Of a stretch of DNA of 64,000 nt, positions 24,885 to 34,680 are shown in pieces. The translations under genes were made by a program, and so were the position numbers. Under the pieces are notes generated by a model, which made no database searches, was not told where the DNA came from, and worked only from the letters and a program-made list of their open reading frames with translations. Position 1 is the stretch's first letter; each line of letters starts with the position of its first letter. The stretch comes from Macrostomum lignano (lineage: Eukaryota). Location of the stretch: the NCBI GenBank assembly GCA_002269645.1, contig NIVC01000306.1, forward strand, positions 1 to 64,000. Reading direction: 5' to 3'.

Positions 24885-26693
24885 ATGTTTCAGTGCAGCA
24901 GCCATATGACGCACAGCTTCGCCAGCACAGAAGCCCTCCGTCGCTCAGTCATAGCAGATCTGCACCAGCTTCGTTGTCCATTAGTGTCCGGTACGAGTCC
25001 TTGCGCCAGTGTCAATTCGTCGGCGGACAAGAATAGAACGTTATCAACTTTTTACGATCGTCTGCTGTTCTCAGGCGACGAGCCTGGGCGGGCAAGCCTA
25101 TTAGAATGGCTTTTATATGGCGTTACTAAGGCAACCGCTCTGCCTAGCAACGATCCAGAAGCGACGCTAGCTATATTAGTGTCGCTTCGCGTTGCCAATG
25201 TCAATAATGTTAGCGAAGGAGTTGATTTAGTTAGCGGTGCCGCGTCTCGACACTCGCAGCTGGTGATGTACAGCCGTCTCTTAGCTTTGATGAAGTCGAC
25301 TCTGGGTGCCGACAGTAGCTCTGGCTGCAGTTCTGTCGTTAGCAGCAGCTTCTCGTCAGTGTCCAGGCCGATTTTTTCGTCCACGCCTGCAAATAGTTTC
25401 TGCGGCCTATTGGACACAAGTGCGCAGTCAGTTGGCGCCAATGCAAGTTAGTTTTGCCTTGATTTACAATTGATTGACAATAAGCTGTCTATAGGCTTTG
25501 CTTGTAAATTTCACATTAAGGGTTTCAGTTCCTCAACTCCCTGCATTCCCTTCAAGCTTCAGTTCCTCAACTCCCTGCATTCCCTTCAAGCTGCAGTTCC
25601 TCAACTCCCTGCATTCCCTTCAAACTTCAGCTCCTCAACTCCCTGCATTCCCTACAAGCTTCATTTCTTCAACTCCCTGCATTCCCTTCAAGCTGCAGTT
25701 CCTCAACTCCCTGCATTCCCTTCAAGCTGCAGTTGCTCAACTCCCTGCATTCCCTTCAAGCTTCAGTTCCTCAACTCCCTGCATTCCCTTTAAGCTGCAG
25801 TTCCTCAACTCCCTGCATTCCCTTCAAGCTTCAGTTCCTCAACTCCCTGCATTCCCTACAAGCTTCCTTTCTTCAACTCCCTGCATTCCCTTCAAGCTTC
25901 AGTTCCTCAACTCCCTGCATTCCCTTCAAGCTGCAGTTCCTCAACTCCCTGCATTCCCTTCAAGCTTCAGTTCCTCAACTCCCTGCATTCCCTTCAAGCT
26001 TCAGTTGCTCAACTCCCTGCATACCCCACAAGCTTCAGTTCCTCAGCTCTCTACATGCATTGTACTTTAACTGTGTAATAAGTGCACCGTAAATGGGTTA
26101 AAACCTTTGCTTAGATTGCATCGGAACTGCGAAAGTTCGTCATCCCAGCACCAGCAGCAACTGCAGCGGCAATGGCGGCAGTCACCAGAACCAGCCTCAG
26201 CAGAAATCCTCAGTCAATGGAAACATTGCTAATATTCAGCAATTTCTGCATCAAGTATGCAGCGGATCGCTAGCGAATTGCTGTCGACAGTTGCAACCGA
26301 CTAAGGCATTGGTAGCTGGCAGTCGGGAGGTTCGACAACGAGTCGGTGATAAACCGGAACCGGAAATGCCTTTGCCGCCGCATTTGCGACACGCTTTAGC
26401 TTGTCGTATGGCTGCGACTGACCAGTCCGAGGTGCTTGATGATGACAGCGGCGAGGAAGAGAATCTGGGTATGCTTTGTTTATTAGCATTGTTGATTGAT
26501 GATGCTCTGCTTTTGTGCCTTAGCCAGCTAGATAGTTAGTCAGTTTGTTAGCTAGTTAGTCTATTTCTTTGTTAGTTACTTAGATAGTTAATTAGTTGGT
26601 TAGCTAGTTTGTTAGTTAGTCAGTTAGTTAGTTAGTTAGTTAGTCAGTTAGTTAGTTAGTCAGTTAGTTAGTCAGTTAGTTAGTCAGTCAGTC

Positions 26694-26728
<35 letters not shown>

Positions 26729-26885
26729 CAGTCAGTTAGTTAGTTAGTCAGTCAGTTAGTTAGTCAGTTAGTTAGTTAGTTAGTCAGTCAGTTAGTTAGT
26801 CAGTCAGTTAGTTAGTTAGTCAGTCAGTTAGTTAGTCAGTCAGTTAGTTAGTTAGTCAGTCAGTCAGTTAGTTAGTCAGTCAGTC

Positions 26886-26916
<31 letters not shown>

Positions 26917-27860
26917 CAGTCAGTTAGTTAGTTAGTCAGTCAGTTAGTCAGTTAGTTAGTTAGTCAGTCAGTCAGTTAGTTAGTCAGTCAGTTAGTTAGT
27001 CAGTCAGTCAGTTAGTTAGTCAGTCAGTTAGTTAATTAGTCAGTTAGTTAGCTAGTCAGTTAGTTAGTCAGTTAGTTAGTTAGTTAGTCAGTCAGTTAGT
27101 TAGTTAGTTAGTTAGTCAGTTAGTTAATTAGTCAGTTAGTTAGTTGGTTAGTTAGTCAGTCCGTTAGTTAGTTAGTTAGTTAGTCAGTTAGTTAATTAGT
27201 CCGTTAGTTAGTTGGTTAGTTAGTCAGTCCGTTAGTTTGTCCAAAATATGTGTCCAAATATCTGTTTGTCCAAGTTTGGGTGCAGAGCCAGTTCGCTTGG
27301 TTGTGCTGTATCGTGCATGTTTTCATACATATTTTCAATCTGAAGCAGGCGGCAATCGTCCTAATTCAACGAGAATGTTGTCTCGTCGACTCCGCTCTGG
27401 CATTGACGCCGATGCCAGCCTGTTAGAACGGCTTCGTCAGCGTCGACAAGAGCAGCAGAAGCAACAGGAGGGAACTCGAAGCGCCGGCCATCCCAATGAA
27501 GAAGCTGACGACATCGAATTAGCTAGACTCCAGGACGCTGTTGAGCTTCGTTCCACGGTTGTCGAGCTTCGCTGCGAACTGGCTCGCCTTGCCGCATCGA
27601 TTTCGGCCACTTCAACAACTTCTTTGTCGTCGTCGCTTCCCGAAGTCGATGACCGGCTCGACAAGGCCGTTGAACTGGCCGCTGCTCCGCTGTCTGATTT
27701 TTTACGTCGCAGCGAAGCGGCCGGTCGTACAGCTGAATCTGTGTCGGACATTCGACACCGACTGCAACGTCTGAGCCGACTTGGCGGCGGCGGGCAGGGT
27801 CAGTGTGTTCAAGAGCCTGCGGCTACTTTGTCTCTGTTGGCATCCTGTCAAGAGATTTGA
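24885..27860 (+). CDS. HAUS7: HAUS augmin-like complex subunit 7-like, 3 exons (24885-25446, 26115-26468, 27349-27860), ~475 aa
   Basis: VIADLHQLRCPLVSG / RLLFSG..RASLLEWL / LVSGAASRHSQLVMYSRLLALMKS parallel the human HAUS7 N-terminus (VFGKLKDLNCPFLEG / ELLCSPSEYRLEILEWM / LLKGCACAQKQLHFMDQLL), followed by a C-terminal coiled coil. Both introns are GT-AG and phase 1, and the frames join. Confidence 0.62.
25526..26050. repeat. 34-bp minisatellite filling HAUS7-like intron 1
   Basis: Unit CAGTTCCTCAACTCCCTGCATTCCCTTCAAGCT(T/G), ~15 copies. Confidence 0.95.
26535..27237. repeat. (TTAG/TCAG)n tetranucleotide array in HAUS7-like intron 2
   Basis: Direct observation. Confidence 0.97.
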
Positions 27861-28074
27861 TTGATTCAGTGATTCTTAATTAATAAGTAAATTTATTGAG
27901 GGTCACTTAGTAGCAAGCTTATCATTGGGTTGATCGGGTAAAAATAATGAGATAAAACCTTCTATTTGTCATATTTCTAAACTGTCTTGTTACACATACA
28001 CCTATAGGTGAGGGGGATTCCCTTTAATGTTATTTTCTTTTCAAGGTTCTTTTCCTTTCAGGTCGCAGGAGATT

Positions 28075-28685
28075 TCCCTTCAAGGTCGCTGTGGATTTTC
28101 CTTCAAGGTTGCTGGAGATTTCCTTCAAGGTCGTAGGGGATTTCCCTTCACATTCGTTGGTGATTTCCCCTCAGGTTGTAGGTGATTTCCCTTCAAGGTC
28201 GTTGGGGATTTCCCCTTAAGGTTGTAGGTGATTTCCCTTCACGGTCATTGGGGATTTCCCCCAAGGCTGTAAATGATTTCCCTTCAAGGTCTTAGGGGAT
28301 TTCCCTTCACGGTCGTTGGGGATTTCCCCTTAAGGTTGTAGGTGATTTCCCTTCACGGTCGTTGGGGATTTCCCCTTAAGGTTGTAGGTGATTTCCCTTC
28401 ACGGTCGTTGGGGATTTCCCCCAAGGCTGTAAATGATTTCCCTTCAAGGTCTTAGGGGATTTCCCTTCACGGTCGTTGGGGATTTCCCCTTAAGGTTGTA
28501 GGTGATTTCCCTTCACGGTCGTTGGGGATTTCCCCTTAAGGTTGTAGGTGATTTCCCTTCACGGTCGTTGGGGATTTCCCCTTAAGGTTGTAGGTGATTT
28601 TCCTTCAAGGTCTTAGGGAATTTCTCTTCACTGTCGTTGGGGATTTTCCCTTAATGTGGTAGGGGATTTCCCTTCAAGGTCGAAG
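28075..28685. repeat. 46-bp dimeric minisatellite of ~23-bp subunits (GG(G/T)GATTTCCC core)
   Basis: Period 46 (28321->28367); alternating ggtgatttccc and ggggatttcccc. Confidence 0.93.
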
Positions 28686-29574
28686 GTCACAGTGTACTCG
28701 TACTTTTTTTTAATGTTTTAGTAAGTTTTTATTTTAAATGTCGCAACAAATTCCTAAATTGTTTAGTCGATCCACTACATTTCTAGTACTGAGGTTCTGA
28801 GGAAAAATTTTACTGAACACCTAGAATTTATAGTTATGAAAAAGCTTAGTACGAGCTTAATTTAAAGCTTATAGTTATGAAAAGTTATGAAAAAAGAAAA
28901 AGATTATTTAGTATTAATTCATTTCAATCATTTAGCTTATAAAAATATTGTTTTAAATTGCGCATATTTTCTACAATAAAATATCTTACCAACAGTAACT
29001 TTAGGCAACTAAATAGTGTACTACTTTTCTGACTTCTTTCTTTATACTTAACTTAATGATTTGCTAGTGCTTGCAGGCTAAGCCGTACTTTTTTCTTTAA
29101 TTTTTCTCCTATGATATGAGTAGAACAGTCTACTTGTATAAGTAGGCAGTGACTACTGCTACTATGCATTTGTCTATTTTTTAATTTGACGAAATTGCAT
29201 ACATTAAACAATTTAACATTCTGTATCTCTTGTGTAGCATAATATAATACTAATATTCCTAATTGATAATATTCTAATTAAATTCGCGAGGCTTTCTTTT
29301 TGTTTAATTTTTTGTTTATTAGTTAGTAATTCAGGGTTTATAGTCCTAATGCAATATTATTGAATAATTTAGATTTCTGGCTCAATTTTGGTGTAAAATC
29401 ACAAGTTATAAAAATTATTGGCATTTTAGAACGACCTTTGTTAATCCTTAGTTTGAGCCTTGATTTTGTAACTGTTTTTGGACTTAGTAGTTCTAGTTTT
29501 AGACCTGCATTTTATACCCACCAATTCGGTACTTTCAATATTTTTAATAGAATTCGGTTTGGTTGTTTTTACGC

Positions 29575-30435
29575 TGCAATCAGAATGGATTTTTGATTGC
29601 TGTGCTGATGACGCAATCAATATGGATTGTTGATTGCTGTGTTGATGACGCACCCAATATGGATTGTTGATTGTTGTGTTGATGATGCAATCAATATGGA
29701 TTGTTGATTGTTGTGTTGATGATGCAGTCAATATGAATTGTTGATTGCTGTGTTGATGATGCAGTCAATATGGATTGTTGATTGTTGTGTTGATGATGCA
29801 ATCAATATGGATTGTTGATTGTTGTGTTGATGATGCAGTCAATATAGATTGTTGATTGTTGTGTTGATGATGCAATCAGTATGGATTGTTGATTGTTGTG
29901 CTGACGATGCAATCAATATGGATTTTTGTTGTTGTGTTGATGATGCAATAAATATGGATTGTTAATTGCTGTGTTGATAATGCAATTAATTATGGATTTT
30001 TGATTGTTGTGTTGATGATGCAATCAATATAGATTGTTGATTGTTGTGTTGATGATGCAATCAATATAGATTGTTGATTGTTGTGTTGATGATGCAATCA
30101 ATATGGATTGTTGATTGTTGTGTTGATGATGCAATCAATATGGATTGTTGATTGTTGTGTTGATGATGCAGTCAATATAGATTGTTGATTGTTGTGTTGA
30201 TGATGCAATCAATATAGATTGTTGATTGTTGTGTTGATGATGCAATCAATATGGATTTTTGTTGTTGTGTTGATGATGCAATCAATATGGATTTTTGTTG
30301 TTGTGTTGATGATGCAATCAATATAGATTGTTGATTGTTGTGTTGATGATGCAATCAATATAGATTGTTGATTGTTGTGTTGATGATGCAATCAATATAG
30401 ATTGTTGATTGTTGTGCTGACGATGCAGTCAAGGG
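29575..30435. repeat. 37-bp minisatellite (ATGGATTGTTGATTGTTGTGTTGATGATGCAATCAAT)
   Basis: About 23 tandem units ending just upstream of the VCPKMT CDS. Confidence 0.95.
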
Positions 30436-30493
30436 ATTGTTTGCTGGCTTGGTTGTGTGTAACTAATTATTGAACAAACAAATAAAAGTACTG

Positions 30494-31276
30494 ATGCTAA
30501 TTGATCAGCAGTCAGGCGACAAGGAAACGAGCGTTACTGCCGCCGCCGCCACCGACGCCACCTGCCCCGGCGATGACTGTTGGTCAGACTACTACTGTCG
30601 AGTAGTAGAGTTCGACAGCGGATTAACCAGCCTCGCTATCTGGCAGGCCGGCGTGTGCGATGTTGGCGGCGTCGTCTGGGACGCCGCACTGGCACTGACG
30701 CAATGGTTGGATCGGTTTGACAGAGTTGCCGCGGCAGGCCTTCCAAATCCGGACTCTGTTACAGTTATCGAACTGGGCTCCGGCACGGGTCTGGTCGGCT
30801 TAAAGTTGGCTCAGCTAGGCTATGAAAAAGTGCGCCTCACCGATCTGGCGGAGTGCTTACCGTTGCTGCGCAAGAATATTGATGCAAACATTGAGGCAAT
30901 AAAGAATTATCAATCTAAGATGCCGTTAGTGACTTGTCACGAACTGGACTGGGCCAGTCTACTTGACAACGACAAGAACTGTTTGCCTAGCTGGTGCTCA
31001 CCAACTGGTCAACGGTTTCTAGTTGTGTGCGAGTGTCTTTACTATGAGGACGCTTTAAAACCGTTGCTATGCGCGATGCGTTGCTTAGCAACCGACGCTG
31101 GGGTACTATTCGCTTACGAGGCCCGGCCGGACAAAGCAGAATTGGAATCGAGATTCTTTAAAGCCTGTCTTCAATATTTTCAAGTCGCTTTCGAAGTGCC
31201 ACTTGATGATATGCATCCTGAGTACTGTTGTCCAGAGATTCGAATCATGCTGCTGAAGCCCAAGCAGATAAGCTGA
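30494..31276 (+). CDS. VCPKMT: Protein-lysine methyltransferase METTL21D/VCPKMT, intronless core
   Basis: GGVVWDAALAL, motif I VIELGSGTGLVGL, TDL..L.LLRKNI.N, LDW, ECLYY..LKPLL, YEAR, and C-terminal VPLDDMHPEY..PEIRI, all matching the VCPKMT layout. The start is either ATG 30494 or the acceptor at 30507-08. Confidence 0.85.
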   Translation: MLIDQQSGDKETSVTAAAATDATCPGDDCWSDYYCRVVEFDSGLTSLAIWQAGVCDVGGVVWDAALALTQWLDRFDRVAAAGLPNPDSVTVIELGSGTGLVGLKLAQLGYEKVRLTDLAECLPLLRKNIDANIEAIKNYQSKMPLVTCHELDWASLLDNDKNCLPSWCSPTGQRFLVVCECLYYEDALKPLLCAMRCLATDAGVLFAYEARPDKAELESRFFKACLQYFQVAFEVPLDDMHPEYCCPEIRIMLLKPKQIS

Positions 31277-31484
31277 ACCTTTCTTCTTCTTCATTGGAGC
31301 AACAAAATTCTTTTGAAAAAGTTCAGTTCAAGTATAAATACATCTTATTGCTCAGTGTGCACAGTGGCATAATTTGGTTTTGTTGTTGCTTATTTAATTT
31401 TTGCTTGGATAGTAGCTCGAATACTGACGAATGGAAGAATATAGTGGAGTATCATTACTTACATTTTTAACCCTTAAATCTAAC

Positions 31485-31571
31485 GGAGAACAAGCAAGGG
31501 GATAATTGGGGATATTATGTCAACTTAAGCTCATAAAGTAGAGTCCCTAATTATCCCCTTGCTTGTTCTCC
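31485..31571. other. Near-perfect 28-bp stem / 31-nt loop hairpin between VCPKMT and BBLN-like
   Basis: ggagaacaagcaaggggataatt(g)ggga pairs with tccc(t)aattatccccttgcttgttctcc (27/28 Watson-Crick, one G-T). Confidence 0.85.
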
Positions 31572-31734
31572 CTTATCCGAGGTCCAACTTTCGGGTTGTG
31601 TGCATTATTACCTACCCTTTGTTACCTTTTCCTTCTCTACCTACCTTGGAAAAACGCTCAGTTACTTAAAGTCCCGTCTCCAATTGTTTTTCATGTTAAA
31701 TAAAAGAATCCCAAGGTTCAAAAAAGGCAACAAA

Positions 31735-32127
31735 ATGACAGCCAACTCTAATAGACCCACTTCAAACGGATCGGCCGCCTCCCCTACTGGCAGCGGAACC
31801 GATGATAGCGGAGACGAAGGGCAGCAACAGCAGCAACTGCCTGCTGACGCAAGCGATGCCGAAGATTTTCTAGCAGAATACGCCGATCTTGAGAATACGG
31901 TAGACGAAATTGACGAATTTCTCAATAGTTTGGCTCAATCTACTATGGATCTGAAGCGGGACGCTGTGCAGTTATTAGACGAGATACGAGCTGAGAAGCG
32001 CGCGGCAAACGGTGGCGCGTCTGGTGGCGCCACTTCTGCCGCTGCTATTGCTGACGATTCAGTTGGAGTTTCAGCTTCTCCTGATGCTGGTCAAGATGAT
32101 GTTGTAGATGATACTATGGACGAATAG
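31735..32127 (+). CDS. BBLN: Bublin (C9orf16/UPF0184) coiled-coil protein, 130 aa
   Basis: AEYADLENTVDEIDEFLNSLAQSTMDLKRDAVQLLDEIR matches the UPF0184 pattern (human [39 protein letters not shown]). ATG in aaaATG context. Confidence 0.7.
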   Translation: MTANSNRPTSNGSAASPTGSGTDDSGDEGQQQQQLPADASDAEDFLAEYADLENTVDEIDEFLNSLAQSTMDLKRDAVQLLDEIRAEKRAANGGASGGATSAAAIADDSVGVSASPDAGQDDVVDDTMDE

Positions 32128-32361
32128 GTATGCATCCGTATGTGAACATCAGGTACATATACAGTTTTACTTATAAAAGTCAATAAACAGACCTATCTTT
32201 AAGTCTTTGTTTTTCTGGTGATTATTTTGCTTTTGGAAGCTTGTTTCACCTATGTGGGACTGAAAATTGATTGCGTAGTTGCCAATTTGATAAAAAATGT
32301 CAATGTCAAATGTCATTTTGATAAAAACATCAGTCCATTGTAACATGTATTTTTGGGGGGG

Positions 32362-32720
32362 GGGGCCGTAGCCCAGCGGTTTAGCGCAGGCTCTGGTGTG
32401 CCAGCGACCCAGGCTCGATTCCAAGTGCAGTCACATTAATTTGGAGCTGAATTGGAATCTCGGCTTGGGTCTGCTCGTGCAATTAACGGCCTTGAGAGCC
32501 AACCCCCAAGGCGCAGTGAAGTGTACATGCCTAACGATAAAATAAAGTTAGGGCCGCTGTGCACTCCTGTGTGAGTGTGTGCCTGCGTACGTATCCGCGC
32601 GCTTGTATGCCTGCTCAGGGGAGTCGGCGGAATGGGCAGTAATGCCTCTCGCCGGTTGTGTGCCTATGTCGCTTAAAGTGCGCCAGGGTGCACACAACCC
32701 CCCTGCCTCTATAAAAAAAG
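32362..32720 (+). mobile_element. tRNA-derived SINE-like element
   Basis: Head GGCCGTAGCCCAGCGG (A box) ... GGCTCGATTCC (B-box variant, 32412-22) and an A-rich end. A related degenerate head sits at ~16003-16065. The 3' boundary is uncertain. Confidence 0.5.
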
Positions 32721-33257
32721 GTATTTTGAAGTTATGGGTGTTGATTGCATTGAAATTTCGGGTGTTGATTGCATTAAAAAACTGAATAAAAAACAAACAC
32801 TTCATAGAAAGTCTTACAAGCGTTGCCTCTCATCATGAAGTAGCGCTGTCTATTTATTGAATCAGTCGGTACGCGCTTTCTTTTTGAGACCAATTAAAAT
32901 ATCAATGCTACGGATTGATTAACCAGCCGATGCCTAAATCTCCAAGCGATTCAACTGCGTACTTTGTTAAAAATACGTTTTGTTGTTTGTAGTATTTTGT
33001 TTTGTTTTCAGTACATGTCCTCTCCTAATTCTTTCCATCTATATCCAATTTTGTGTAGAGTTATTACGGATAGCAACAACGCATAATATGCATAATATTC
33101 TCGTCTTGTCCTATAGAAATTTTATTGTAGCGTGATTAAATATAGAATTATTTGCATGGTAATATGATACTTAATAATTGATGCAATTATATATAATGTT
33201 AGCAGATCTCTTAGCGTATATATTTTTTATTATTTATGGCTTAATCACCGAAAACAC

Positions 33258-34680
33258 TCAGTGTCTCGTCAAACTGATTAATAGGATTTTCTTCGCCGTC
33301 CCTCGCTGCTGTGTCAACTGTCGTCTGTACAGGCGCGACAACATCCAGGCGAGACTAAACTCAATGGTAAAGATAATGTTCAACCTGTTTCCCAGTGCCA
33401 CGTAGTGCAAATTGGCCGAGATGCTCGATATTCGATTGGCCATAATAGCGACTAGGAAGTTGAATAAAAACAGGTACAGCAATACGTGCATTGCCATGGC
33501 GAATACGCCAAGTCGGTTGCTTGACAAGTTGGATATGGTGCCGAATACGATGGCTTTGTACACGGCTGTCCAGATGCTCAACAAATTGTTCTTCGACGCA
33601 TAGAGGAAAGACGGCTCGCAGGGCACTATCGAGCCTATGATCCAGGAGCTGAGTATGATTGCCACGAATATTACTAAGCCAAAGTTTTGAAAAGTCACGG
33701 CAGTCTTCCATACCATGCACATGTGATCGGCTAGTAGTGTCCATTCGAATGCGGTGGCAAAGAGCACTGTCCAGCATAGGGTGAATACAAACCAATCGGT
33801 GATATTAACCGCATTGATGTCGTACGCTTGTGCGCTGCTCTGCTTCCAGAACTCTTCAACGTTTGTTGGCACCGAATTGAAAGGCAGCTTGTTCATTGTG
33901 TGGTACACGTACATAACGGAAGCAACGGATATAATGAATACAAAGGACAGTGTGAACTTTGGCTCCATTACTGTGCTGTTGAGGATTAGCCGCCAACTGG
34001 GAGTTCCAGACTTGGTTACGCACAAATAGATCACCACGAACGTGAATACTAACAATGCTTCGAAAGTCATCAGTATGGTACTTATATATGATAGAGAATT
34101 TACCGTGTGGAATATACTATCTGACTCTGACAGTGCCTTGAAAATGTTCAGCATGGCGCATTGCTTCGTCCAATTGCTTGACAATGCTTCCCGGTAATTT
34201 GGACCAAAGTAAACACTTCTGTACATCGACAGGCTGCCTAACATGACAAAATGTATCTTGCAAAATGCCATGATGAGAATCTTTGCCAGCCATCAGCTTC
34301 CTAGATTTGCTAGTCATGTGCTCAGTCCAGCTGCGAGACAATTGTCGAANNNNNNNNNNNNNNNNNNNNNNNNNNNNNNNNNNNNNNNNNNNNNNNNNNN
34401 NNNNNTCGTTTTTTCTCAAATTGATTGTGCCGTAGTTTGCTAGCAAATAATGCAGACAGTTAGAGGACAGGCAGCAGAAAGCTACTTCCAGCAAAGTCGA
34501 ATGTGCTTTAAGAAATTCAGCGCTGTCGCTACAGGTTTTTACCTCTTGACACGTTGGCGTCCACAGCTTTCTAAGCAGAAGTTTGTCGGCTACCCAGGTT
34601 GTTTTGTCCACCTGGAGCAGCAGACACTTCAGCCGGGATATGTCGTCTGAGTGTAGGACCTGCGCCAACTCTTTTTCCAT
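33258..34680 (-). pseudogene. Intronless TRP-channel-like gene with an apparent frameshift near 34290 (pseudogene or assembly error)
   Basis: Six TM-like segments ending in HVLLYLFLFNFLVAIMANR (TRP S6, LLNLLIAMM-like) and RLNIIFTIEFSL (post-TRP-box of TRPV/TRPA type). The N-terminal ORF and the TM ORF are in different frames, and the gene spans the N gap. Confidence 0.55.
34350..34405. other. Assembly gap (56 N)
   Basis: Run of N. Confidence 1.

Noticed and set aside
25470-26092. Overlapping Pro/Ser ORFs
   Set aside because: They are the 34-bp intronic minisatellite read in three frames.
26535-27237. Telomeric repeat
   Set aside because: The unit is TTAG/TCAG, not TTAGGG, and it lies inside a phase-consistent intron.
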